Part shown: positions 1-12,400 of the stretch, piece after piece | Numbering within the stretch: the first letter of the stretch is position 1 | Layout of the letters: the number at the start of each line of letters is the position of its first letter | Assembly: GCA_004764695.1 (NCBI GenBank) | Contig: SMSO01000037.1 | Location: 1,340,747 to 1,404,746, forward strand | From: Schizochytrium sp. TIO01 | Lineage: Eukaryota > Protista > Bigyra: Labyrinthulomycetes | Length of the DNA: 64,000 nt | Direction of reading: 5' to 3' | The notes under the pieces: model-generated | Databases searched by the model: none | Told to the model about the DNA's origin: nothing | The model's input: the letters and a program-made list of their open reading frames with translations, nothing else | Program-made: the position numbers and the translations under genes

Positions 1-1237
1 TGCAGATCTTGATGACCCTGACGCGCCACCATTAATGTTCTTATCACTCGAACCGGAATCACTTGCGTCAGCGTCAGTACTATTCCTTTGGTTCCCGTTG
101 CTCATATTCATTGAGGAGGGCTCCTTATCCCACATATGAGGGTCTACAAAATCAGGTCCATTCAACGCTTCGCCGACGTCCATCTCTAGGCCAAGCATAC
201 CTGAGTGACTTAGATCTTCGCTTGTAACATTTGACGTGCGATCCGAGTCGTCCCATGTTACATCCGACCCGCTAGTATACTGGAAAATAAAGTAGGTTAG
301 GCGATCAAGAGTACGATTCTTCATGTACTCCGAAGTAAATGACTCCATCAAAGTATCAAGTACTTTTGAATCCATGGCAACAGAGGCAAGAGCTCGGAGA
401 GGGACCGAGGTTGCATTATTATTACTGCTGCTAATTGCATTTGAACTATGTTCACTTGCGTTTGGGGCATCATGGGGTGTCGAGGAGCCCGAGTTTACGC
501 CTGATCCTAACTTTGGAGGGCAAGGGGACATCTGGTTCTGGGCTACCAGCAACAGAACCAAAAGTGCTCATTGGGGTCATGCGAGCCTGCTTTGAGGCAA
601 GCACAGGTGTGGGTGATTGAAGCCCGGCCTGAGTTACTGTTCGTTTCGAAGTAACGGATGCAGTGTCGCATTGCGAAGCCCCGTCCTTATTGACACCACG
701 CTGCCGCCTTCGACTGTAAACCTGAAAGACAGGGGAAGATACCGAGCCAACGTAGATTAGTTGGTCGCTATCATTCTTGAGCTTAAAAATGTACGCGCGG
801 AAGCAGTGGTAGCTATCGCAGGAATGCTTGTTTGCGCGCCAGCCATAATGCCAACCTCCAAGCTGCCGATTAAAGGAAACGGATACTTCAGTTCCATCTT
901 GCAGGCGAACGTCACCGCTCAGCCATGGGAGCTTGGGCAATGAAGCAGTACGCTCCTTTGATTGTGCTTCCTCGAGAGGAATTGTACCGTTCGGCCTCAT
1001 GAGTTCCTTTGTACCACACACAATGAACTCTCCAAAAGACCGGTACTCCCAGCCGGCTTCCAAAGGTGGAAGATCATGAATGGTACATGTGAGCGCAGTA
1101 CCACAGAAGCCACTGTCGCGATGACCTCCTTTTGAACAAATTGGGTAGCATCGCAAGTTCTTTTGTCCGCCAAATTTGTTGTTGCGTTGGTAGCGCTCTT
1201 TAAATTGATCTTTATTATGCCATGTTGCGCGAAGCAT
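1..1237 (-). CDS. Uncharacterised Cys/His-motif protein (putative transcription factor), paralogue of 18817..21603; +1 frameshift between 567 and 470; 3'-partial
   Basis: ORF 1237..470 shares YxRNNK, KNLRC(Y/F)PxC, HxxSGFCG, FNRxLxxWHYxW, CDxxHCF and SPxFQVxSRRRQ with the 18817 protein. The +1 frame is open from 567 to base 1 and encodes EYMKNRTLDRLTYFIFQY, matching EYERNRLLDRLIKFLIMY of the paralogue. Confidence 0.85.
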
Positions 1238-4200
1238 TCTGTTCTTTCTCTCTAGGCGACAAGAGTCGCTTCAACCCACCGGTGAACAAAATTATGCCTA
1301 TTTGAAGTTGAGTGTCCTTAACGACAACGCGCTCTTCGAGCTGTTGGAGACTTAAGTGGAGCGTCTGTCACTCGCCTACGCTCTGCCGACTGCACACAAG
1401 TCCACTCCAATGGCTTGGCCCTAGCTTCGATCTCTACCCACCTTTGCGCGAGCTAATATCAATCAAATATGACGATAAAAATCGGAGGAATCGAATCCTT
1501 CAAGCCCGCACTTGCAATCTATCGCCTTGCGTGAGGTCACTTTATGCAAAAACCTTTCAGAGGCAGCCTGGAGATTTTCACAGAAATTCCTGCGTCTCTT
1601 CTCGTCGGCCAGCTCTCCCCACGTACACGTGATCCTCCAAACCAAGCGAGGCAGCAGGTCTCCTCGCTCCCAAGCAGAGCCGTCGTCGCTTGTCTCAAGT
1701 AGTTTCGGGTCTGCTGGCGGCCCGACCTTTCCTCACCATGGCCTCTGTCCGCCCTATAAATTGATGGTCCGGCAGAGGGGACTGCTTGGAAAGGTTGGAG
1801 GGGCTATTTTGCAGTGATCGGCACAGGCGAAGAAGGACTCCAGAAGTAGTAAGTGTTTACTGTAGTACTACATGTTACTATTATTAGGACTACTCGTGAG
1901 ATGTTTTCTTTTATAAACTGTTTCGAGGGAATTTCCCTTTCTATAAACTCCACTCTTTTACCTTTGCTTAGCTTTCCTTTTCTTTTCTTTTTCAAGGTCA
2001 AAGAACTACTACGTACGACATACGACTATTACCCATAGTTTAGGGATGGCAATGAATGATGTAAACTTCTTTTTTTAAAATTTCAAACAACGATAAGAAG
2101 AAAACAATGGAAGAAAGGAATTGAAAGGAAACGAAAAGAAAGGAGGAAAGAGGAAGGTAGGGTGCCTAGCCTTGACACGTTCTTTACTTTTACTTTTCCT
2201 GCTTTTCAAAGAAAATTGTCTTTCTTATTATTTTTCTTATTGGAAGAGAAACTTTATCTCTTCTGGCTGAGAACATTCGAATTGCTTAGTCATTTTGTTT
2301 TCAAACACGAAGCACATATGTACATTCATTTTTGCAAATAGAAATCAAAGTGGAGCAGCCTTCCATGGTAATGATCATGTTCAATGATATCATATACGTA
2401 AACGCATATAGCGAAGATATATCATAGTTCAATCAAAAGCGAAACGCAATGTCATGACTGAACTTATTAAAGGTTGCTCAAAAGTATAGTTATTCGAGTA
2501 GCACATAAGTATGCGATTAAACACGTCTTTGGCATGATAAGGCTTTATTGTTAGCATTTTTGATTTTATAACCTAATTTTTATGCTGCCCGAGACACAGA
2601 AATGCTTGCATCAAATGTTACTAAACAGGCCATCATTGTTTCGTTCCAAAGAAAGGCTGATGTTTCTTCTCTATAGCACATCTTCAACGACCGAAAACCG
2701 AAAAAAAGAAAAAGGAAAAGGGGGCTCAAATTTTAATAAGCCACACGTTCTTTGTACATTGCGAATTCCAAGAGTTTCAAGAGATAATTTTAAGCAAATA
2801 GTGCGTCACATATAGACAAGACGAAGAAAAAAATCGCCGTATCGAAGACAGAGTTGATTTTTAACATCAGAGCTGCAGAGGTAATGTTGCTATCAATTAA
2901 CTGTCCAGCTTCAAATCGGACATGAAATGTAGAAGGTATATAATACAATTTTAAAATACAATTCTACTAACTACATATTTGCATCGCCACTCTCCTAAAG
3001 AAGTGATAGATGCAAAAACTATTCAAGTTTGGGTCTCTCTGTAGCTTACACGTATGCACAATAGAGCAGGTATTTTTATACTTGCAACGGAACGAAGATC
3101 AACCAATAATTTCAAATGATCTCTCTCCATCATCCTCTAAACTTGAAAGTGGATCGCTAGGCTTCTTCCCAACAAACCACCGGGAAGTGGTTTGTTTCTA
3201 TTCTCTGCATTGCTTGTGATGATAGATTAATTGAAAACCTCTTAATTTTATTGGTGACTACTGGTAAAGTAAAAAAATAATTTTAAAATTTTTTATAAAA
3301 CTAAAACTAAAACTAAAGTAGCTTCTTTTTCTTTCTCTTTAAAAAAAATGAACTTGAACATCTCTTTAATGAGAAAAAGGAAAGGAAATACAGAGGAAAG
3401 TCATTAGCGGGAAAGAATAGTGATTCCTCGGAACGACAAATAACATTCTCTCTGTCCTTGGTAAATTTGGTGTGCGTATTTTCTCAAGTTGGCCGCGTCA
3501 AAGACTCAAAGTTCGATGATGGCCAATGTTACGTAAAGAATGAGTACTACGTCTGCAAGTTGGATCTGAAGCTTTGTGTCGTCATAGCTATACACTTTCT
3601 TCTTCTAGGTCGCACCGAGTATCTCGCAGAATATTTGTGGCGTGGCAGAAGAAAAGGGCACCAGGCACCAAGATACTAGCAGCTTCGAAGCTTCGAAGCC
3701 CGTTTCTCACCAGTGATTCTGGGGAACCTGAACCCGAATGTTTCACACGATGATTTGGATAACAGTCACGACAAGACTTGCTATGCATAGTTAATGGAGG
3801 AAGAACCGGCCTACGTTTTCAGATGATTGATGCAGTTGTCATGCAGGAATTGGACACCTTGACCCTCCCTTTTTCCCGTGCTAAGCAAGTGTAACGATTT
3901 CGAATACTTCATTGGAATGTAGATAGGGTGTTTTTTATAGCTAGCTCTGTTAATCCTATTCATTTTATCTTATCCACTGGTGCTCTTGCCATATTAGAAA
4001 GTTTGACCCTTTTCTCATAAACAGAACAGCTTGGCCTTGATTTCGTAAGAGCACACGAAGCCTATGCCAGGATAAAAGCAAATCGTGAAGACCAAATGCG
4101 CATAAACTATTCAAATTTGCGACGCATACGTGTGTCTGCATTGGGCCTTTATGTCATGATATTACCCTCCGTCTATTCTTTGTTTCTTGCTCCTTTTTTC

Positions 4201-5329
4201 TTTTTTCTTTCCAAAACCGATGGTTTTTTCTATCTTTAATCTCCCCTTGCAAGTACGCAGACATACACTCAATATGTCTCATTCTTTCATTGGGATACAA
4301 TATGCTGATTGCCTATCTTCAATGTTTTTTCAACCGTGAGTTTGATGCGAAATATGGACCTGCTTGGCGATTACTTGCTAACTTTCGGTAAGCGTCATCG
4401 TAATTAATTGGTCAAAACCTAGTCTTCTTTATCCACCCTACAAGATAATTGGGTTTTAAAGCCTTAGGTTGACTGGTTTTGAAGTTCTTCTGGTGATCGA
4501 TAGTTGTGGGGAACTAGTAACTAACCAAAGAGAGTAGGTAGGTACTAGTTTAAAGGTAGCATATCCCAATTTATGGTTAATTGTGCGGTCGTGACTAAAA
4601 GTGTTGTACCGATGTAGATATTCAAACGCCAAACCATTCATCAAGTGTATTGAAGTAGAAAAGCCTTGAAGTATTTGTATTTCAATATTTATTAATATTC
4701 ATTGCACTGGCAGTTGTGGTACACAATACAAGGCTTAGTAATGATGGATTCTAATCCTGATCTAGCTACTGAATAGTCCATATCATCTCAAGAGGACATG
4801 ACAATGCTGTTCTAATTGATTTCTTACCACCATCCTGCCGTTGAATGTAAATTGGATAGTACGAGAGCTCATGTTGACTATTCACTCATTTGATAATATT
4901 CATTTCCGCCGGAACAACCATCTATCTTCCATGAAAAGCTGAGAGCAAACAATCGCCGTTTTTACATTTTTTAAAATAAAAATTAAATATAAAATATAAA
5001 GGCTTTTAAAATAAAAAGTTTTAAAGAGAACGCTACTTACTTTACTAGTAGATTTTGTAAAGAAAAAAAAATCAAACGTAAAGGTCGAAGAAAGCAGACA
5101 AAGATGCTGTGGTTCGTGGAGGGATATACCTCGCAACCCAGGAAAACAACGTTGGACATTTTCAAATTCCAGTGTAAATAGAGAACATTTGGCTGAAACG
5201 GAAGACATATCCAATGAAATCTTGCATCCGCCGGTTTCCTCACAGATTTTGAGCAAATAAAATAAAAAGAGCTTTTTTTTTTCGAAAAGCCCACATTATG
5301 AACCTGAGAAAAAGGCCACCACACACATC

Positions 5330-6360
5330 TCATAATTTTACTTTGATTCTCAGACAAAGCAGAACCGACGCAAGCCTTAGGCCCTTCTGATCCCCAGCCC
5401 TGCTCAATTCCCCTTCCGAGCTTAGGGTCTTGCAACGGGCACTAACCTCGCAGCAATCCAATTCGGAGTTCAAGAGTGCCAAGTTCGCCTTACGCTGGGC
5501 TCTTCCCAGATTTATCAGGCTGCCCTGAGTCCGCCCCACCATCCGTGAGAATCTTTCATGTAATCTTCGCATGAGCTGACGCCCCGCACTGAATGCTCCT
5601 GGAGGCGGGTAGTACGGGACCACGAGCACTCTTGGCGTCTATGTTGATTATATTTGCGTGGCACAGCAGAGCAGAATCATGGCAGAGCTGCGCTTTGGAG
5701 CAGGGCAGTGCCTTAATCATAGCTGACAGTGGCAGCGTCCTAGTCGGCGCTACTTCGGTTTGAGCGGAAGGAATTGAATTGGAATCTGCACCTATGATCT
5801 TGCACATTGTGATGCGATCTTGCACTAGCGTTTGTTTGCACAGCCGTGCTTAGTGCTGACCAAAGTTTTCCAATCGCCAATCTACGAGAATCTATATTCA
5901 CAATGGAAAGTAAAATAGCGAGACTTTGGAAACGAGCTTGAAGAGGCAGGCGTACCAATGCTGCATCTCACGCTTCAGTTTGTTCCTCGATACCTTCTGG
6001 GTGGCTTCAAGTGGCTTTGCTACGAAGGTGGTAAGCTTCTTGGTCCTTTTTCGATATGCCTTGTTTGCTGAGCAAATCCCAAGAAAGGCTGCTTTCAGAA
6101 TACCTTTTCGATATCTTCCTGTCCTTTCTTGAATGCTGAGCGAAGACTTAGAACTCCTGCAGCCCACCGAGCGAAGCCTCGTGGAACTCCTTTGCAACGC
6201 CAGGAGCGAGGCGGCCACGCAATCTTCAACCTGGCCGTGGCGTCGCAGAACGAGGGCAAGTAATACGGGCACGCCCCAAGTGGTCTCAAGCAGAGAGAAC
6301 GGGGAAGCTTTCCTGCTAACGTTTGCTAACGGAGATGAGAAGATGTGTTGAGGCCCGTCT
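5330..6360 (-). pseudogene. Decayed coding-like relic of unknown family
   Basis: GC-elevated block between AT-rich flanks, tiled by overlapping ORFs in different frames (5898..6653, 5740..5958, 5556..5825, 5330..5629). No recognisable motif; strand uncertain. Confidence 0.3.
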
Positions 6361-8099
6361 AACGCTGCGTGGTGAGTTATATTTAAGTAGGTACCTATGA
6401 GCAACAGAACTTTAAGTAAGTAACAGCTCAGAACCGGCAATGTAAAGAGTAAGTGACTCTCGGTAGTTCTGCTGTAGATCGTCGTTGCTTTATCGAGTTG
6501 GGTAAAACTCAAGTCAAATGTAAGTGCCGCTGAGTGTATGTATGTATAGTAGACGCCTCTGCAGTTGGGTGAGTGCCCTTTTCTGCGCAACGCAACGAAT
6601 GGTGAGAACATGTCGAACCTGACACCTAGCCTAGAGTTTTTCTTTCTTTGCATCTTGAGAGAAAGAGCACAGAGTAGCCGTAGCTGTTTGAGAGAAACTT
6701 GGTCACCTTGCCCATGACCTACCTGCCTGCAAATGTTCTTAGGTTGCAGTCAAAATAGAAATACAAAGTTAGCAACCAAAGTAAGTGCCTCTGGGACTCT
6801 GGACACTGGCTTGAATGCTCACTCTTAAGTCTAAACCTCTTGTCAATGAGTATGTTTCCACTGTTATCTGGCATAGATATATCTTATGCACGAAAACGAG
6901 CATCATCGACTAGTCAGTGAGAACCTGCGATGGCGCAAAGCCCCTAGTTCCAATTGGAAAAAGATCAAGGTATAGTGCACAAGCAGAAATGTGTGTCTTG
7001 GGGCTACACTCCTGAAATGCAACTTCGAGCATTCTAGCTATGCTAAGGCTGTGGGAAGGTTGCGTGGCAATAAATGGTAAATATGATAAACACACCCGAA
7101 GTTATGCCTTCGGGTCTAAGTGTTATACAAGATTCTTTTGAGATGATAAATTGTTCAAGTTCTTTCTTCTTTCTTTCTTTTTTAAAAGTTCATCGTTCGT
7201 TGGTTCTTTTGTTTTATTGGCGAAAAGTAATCCCGAAAGAACTATTCCACGCAGCGGTCTAGTTCTTTGCGCTTGCTGCAGAAATCCGGGTTCACGGCTC
7301 TTTTCCAAGCAGAATGCGGTGGTGAGATGTTTGCAGGGAATCTGTTGTTTGTTCCAGTGTCTGAGTGATTCTTAACATGGTTCCCATAGTGAAGACGCAG
7401 TAGGTGCGGTAGTCACTCCGCAACTTGTAAATAATTATAGATTTTCACCGAAATCAGATTGAAAAAGACTTGGGTATGAAAAAAAACATTTCAGAAGCAA
7501 CGTTTGCCGAAAAAATTGTCAACAATCTTATTCTAAACGATCAAGATTGAGTTTAGAGCAATGAACCAGCGTAGCAGTTCTGTGAAATGGTAGATTGTAC
7601 ACGGGGCAACCGCCAAACAGCTTTTGATTGCGCAGATCTTACTACTTTCAACTTGCTTACTTTAAGTTGCAAAGAGCAACAATCTCTTCCTTTTAGCTTG
7701 TGCCCGTCCCGATGGAAAGTTTTCGGAAACAAGAGCCCAACTAACCGCCTTTCAATCTACCTGTCAAATACGTTGCATACTGTTTTGAACAGGCTACAAA
7801 ATGAATTTAACGTTCTCCCTATAATCGTTATGCAGATATTTAAATTCAGTGTTCACATTCTAATAATGAAAGTCATCACAAGTCCTCCTCATAACTAGTT
7901 TCGAGGTTGTAAACGTTTTTGTTGTGCACAGATAACGTATAGATCGCGTGGTGCGCAATGTTACTTTCGGTTCTGGCGATGGAAGCATCTATTTGACGAC
8001 ACATGTTGATACTTGCTCTCGCTTCTCCAACCAAGGTTTCATCTTTACTGAACTCTTATACTTCAGAGCGAAGAACTTCCCCTATCACTTAACAGCAGT

Positions 8100-11000
8100 A
8101 CCTATCTAGAGTCACCTAAGATGTATAGATGAATCTCATCTTAAATTTCTAAATGCAGGCAATCCGACAACTCTGAAGGACAACCAAAGGTGCTACCTGA
8201 GTATGCAGAATCCAATTCTAGATTGCTTGATCATCACAAATGGTTTATGGAATTTGACAGTTGTGTGCAAAACGTCGGCAGACTCCAGCTTGCACAAAGA
8301 CTGATTACGTCTCATCAAGATAGTTTATCATGTATGTTGTCGCTTCAGAAACAGACTATAGCAGCGTGGTTATGCTACGTCATTTAACCGTTTAAGGATG
8401 GTAAAAGCATAGATCCCAATCGAAGGTTTGAGTGCACGTGCAGAGAACTGTGTATACAGTAGCTTCAGTCTATCTGGATTGCCAACAAGGCATCGTCCTT
8501 TTTCGTTTAAGTATGAGAATTCGAAGCTTAAATTCCAGTGCACGAAACAATAGTATTCATGTTGTACCGAGACTACCAATCGGAGGGTTATATGGACAAG
8601 ATAAAGCTAGAGTTCTGAGCGTATCATTATAGGCTCTAAACTATTCTGTATTGTAAATTGACTGCCAAATACAAAGATATGTGGCCAAGGAATTTCAAGA
8701 GTATGAGTGCATTACTTTCTCAATCGAATATGTAAGGGCGAACCTGAATTAGTGGTTGAGGAAACAAGTGGATGCAACCCGTTCAATTCCATACAATACA
8801 GATGAAGTCTGTCTTAGTCTCAAATTTAGAATATGAACCAGCTCACCTTGGGGTTTGTATCCAATGTCAGAAGATCGCTAACTCCATGAACCTTAGAACA
8901 AAATATTTTCTTCAGTCTCATCATGTGTGCTAAGCTAATTGCATCTATCTCCCCATTCACCTTCTGGCTGATCAAAAATCAGCTTTCAGTACGCCAGACT
9001 CTAAGTAGCATTAATTCAAAAGCATACTTTCCAATGGACCCCTACAACGTCTATTAGTTGATCTTCAACTTTCTGATCCGTTGCCTATAGCAAATATAGC
9101 TCCTTTTGAGCAAGCTATTCGCATATAATAAATAAAGATCTGAACTTCCCTACGAATGTAGTTACTTCAGCCATTGAGTACGTCTAATGAATAGTAAGGT
9201 TGCTGAGATGTGAGTGCTGAAAGGTGATACTGATTAGCGTGAGGTTGACTGTAAAGATGAAGGCAAGAAGCTTGATGAAGGTTATAAGAAGGTTGATTTA
9301 AGTGTTAGCGAACTGCTGTCCTGAGGAATGAATTCCAGGACAGATGGATTCATGTAGTAATTAGGGAGATTAAGACATCCTTGAATGTGGTTAGAGATAA
9401 TCGATGGGGTTAGGTTATCCAACCTTCTCCAACCATCGATCCAAGCTAAACCAAGCTTGGGTGTCGGTGATGTGTATTCACATTTCTAGTTCTTGGCTTC
9501 AGCAGCCTCATGAGTCTGGCTGCCTATTCTCGTTCTGATGTAAACCTTATCTCTATTGTGTTTTACAAAGGGACACCAAGAACATTAGCAATGTCTTGTC
9601 CACTAGTTCCTTCAATTGGAGTCTCAGCAGTAAGCCAGAAGTTGCAAATTAGTCAGAGAGCAAGATGAAGGCATAATGCTTGAAGAATACTTTTACTTTT
9701 CTTTTTTTGAACTAAAGCTTTTCAAGTTAGCGTTCGGAATGAATTTGAGAGTGACAGCTTTCGCTTTAGATTCATTGGATTAAGACACACCATGTGAGTT
9801 ACTCAGAACTAAGAAGCTTAGGTGTGTCCTATTCACTTTCCAGTATATTAGTCTGCAAATAAAAAGTAAGTTTGGAAACCGTAGCTACTCAAGCACGTAT
9901 CTGGCTTTCCTAACCTTGGACCCACAGGTAATATTGAAATCCTTTAGAATTCACAGTACTGCGGCAATAATTCTAGCGATATGTGTTCACATGATCTTTC
10001 CATTGATGACAAAGCAAATGTCTGACCACTTAGCCAAACAAAAAAATGATTGACAGCTCATTTGGTAGAAATACTGCAAGTAACCTTGCGAATTCTCGGG
10101 AAGCTAAAGTTCTACTCAAATGAAGACACGATAACTGCTAAAAGATGAATCTGGTCAGCTAGAGGTTGGTTATGGAAACGAAGCCAAGAGGCTTGATAAA
10201 GGCTCTAAGCAGGCGTGATAATCTATGGCTTTAAGAGGAATCGATCTGCTGCCCTTGAGATTGGCTTTCAAGGCATACTGATCCATGTAATAATTGGTAA
10301 CGTAAGACTCAATTGATTTATGCTAGCTGTCGACATAATTAACCAGGTTAGGTTAATTCGTCTCTCAAACATCAATCCAGATAAATTCCAAACTGGATTC
10401 TAACGAATGTGTATTTACACTTTTGGTTCATGGTTTTTGCAAGTCTGGTTATCTAGTTAGATTCCTATGTAAGCATTAAATACAATGGAATTCCAAGAAC
10501 TTTGGCAATGCCTTGTCCTCTAGTTCCTTCTAATGGTGGTTTCAGCAATAGCCTCTATGCATCGAATCAATGAGTATTAGTCCAGGAGAATATGGTCCAC
10601 AAACAACTGTATTCGTGAAAATCAGCAATCGAAAAACAAATGCAGCATAAGAGAGTCTTTGGAAATCTTATATAAGCCCAAACGCTCTAAGCCATGCCTA
10701 CGAGAATACGTAGGCAAACTAATATATAGGTTTCTTGATTTGAAGTATTTTTAAGCCTATGTAAAATAAAGTCAATTCAAATAAGTGATGCTTAGGCATC
10801 TGCATGGAATTCTAGCTTCTCCGATATTTATGAATTCCTCGTGTCTAACTCATAAACTAGTGATTTAGTGCTTTTCCCCTCGATATCAGCTCACCAAGCC
10901 TTTGACTTTCTCAGTTTTCAAGGTTTCCTCATCTTAAAGAGCTTAGCCTGCACTAAGGAAGGCCTGTTTTACATAAACTATACGAAATTATGGTTGGTAG

Positions 11001-12400
11001 AACTCAGCAGTTAGAATGAAAGCTCCCTCAAATCAAGAATCTGCATGAAAAGCAAGCGTCATCTGTAAGATATACCTACCTTGATATCATTTCAATACGG
11101 AATTGATGTCTACCTCGAATTCAATGTGAAAGGTGAGTAGCTGAATCTGTCATGAGTAGAAGCTCCTTTTCAAGAGCCTTCAATCCATTGAATCAATTCT
11201 GCTTCGTGCTCGCAAGGACTAGCTGTAAGTTGCTTAATAGCAAGGAGAAGAAGAGCATGCTATGTTTATCAGGATTGTCAGAATTTAGTCTTGCGCTACA
11301 TTGTATACTTTCCAATAACTGTTTCTATTGACGAGAGTTAAAGTTTTCTGCATGCAAGGAGTCTGAAAGTTGAAATTAAGACTCAATACTCGAGGAAGTA
11401 GCCCTTGTTCAATCCAGAGTCAACTTTAGAGTGTCAAAGATAGGCTTAATTGGTTAAGGTAAAATGCTCGAGTCGCAGTTCAATTTAGGTTTCGAATCAC
11501 TGTTAATTGTCAAGCACTTGCCCCCCCAAAACTTGGTTTTGGTGAGATGAATACCGAATTTCATATTCTGATGATCCAGAACTTTGATTAACAAGATACT
11601 TGACGGCCCAAAGGTCATATTTGGTTTTCTATGCATAGCAACCTTTGTACCTTATATGGCAACAATGAGATAAAGACAATTTTGATATATTTAAAACAAA
11701 GCTGGAGAGGTTGAGCTAACTCTTTCAAATGAAATTCAGGTTTCAGCAAAAACACATTTTAAAGTGTCCATGTACACTTATGAAATCTTGAGCAAAAACA
11801 ATTTTCCATCATCCATGGCTGCCTTGTTGTTGTCCAATGTAGTCTGACTCCCAATGTTGCGTTGTGTCATTGATTACTTCATCTTGACCACATGGTCTTC
11901 GATTGGTAAACTCAACAACCAACAATTAAAATCAAAACGCAAATAATTGCAATCAAGCAATAGTGCATTAGAAACCTCTTCAAAGGCAATGAGATCAAGG
12001 TGCACTTAGAAGAATGAATTTACTTCCTAATTGATAGTTTTTGTTAAGCAGCGATTGATTGCTTGACCCAACTACCTAGGCATTCCATAAAATCCTCTTG
12101 GTTTCAGGTAAAACTGATGCTCGAAAATCTGCATGCTGATTTGTTCTCTCGGAATATTCATGTTTAAGTTCATACAAATGCAAGATATTGTTTGTCTTTA
12201 GCACCAAAGTTTTTATGGTTGTATTAATCAGCTCTTTAGAATACTTGTACAAAAGTTGTCTTGCATGTACCTTTGTGATAAAGCGATTAAGCAGCATAAC
12301 AATCGATACACTCTCAAACATTCGACCATGGCAGAAATGATCTTTGGGTGTCACAGCTACTTATGGGTTCACTCATAAAAGAGTCACCCTACATACCTAC
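8100..12400 (-). pseudogene. Degenerate leucine-rich repeat protein gene
   Basis: Minus-strand fragments: IKTLVLKTNNILHL (~12178-12219, LxxLxLxxNxL), FNGLKALEK (~11169-11192), SIGKYAF (9018-9038), SIGIYAF (8403-8423). Many in-frame stops and frame changes; boundaries approximate. Confidence 0.6.
9310..10555. repeat. Diverged direct duplication (~9310-9640 vs ~10240-10555)
   Basis: 9571-9636 (ccaagaacattagcaatgtcttgtccactagttccttc) aligns with 10487-10553 (ccaagaactttggcaatgccttgtcctctagttccttc). Minus-strand peptides PIEGTSGQDIANVLGVPL / PLEGTRGQGIAKVLGIPL, KCEYT / KCKYT and NYYM / NYYM. Confidence 0.8.

Noticed and set aside
3682-3699. 18-bp palindrome gcttcgaagcttcgaagc
   Set aside because: Arises from a tandem repeat of a short self-complementary word; no functional context.
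5898-6653. 251-aa ORF as an intact gene
   Set aside because: No domain signal and composition changes midway; treated as part of a possible relic.
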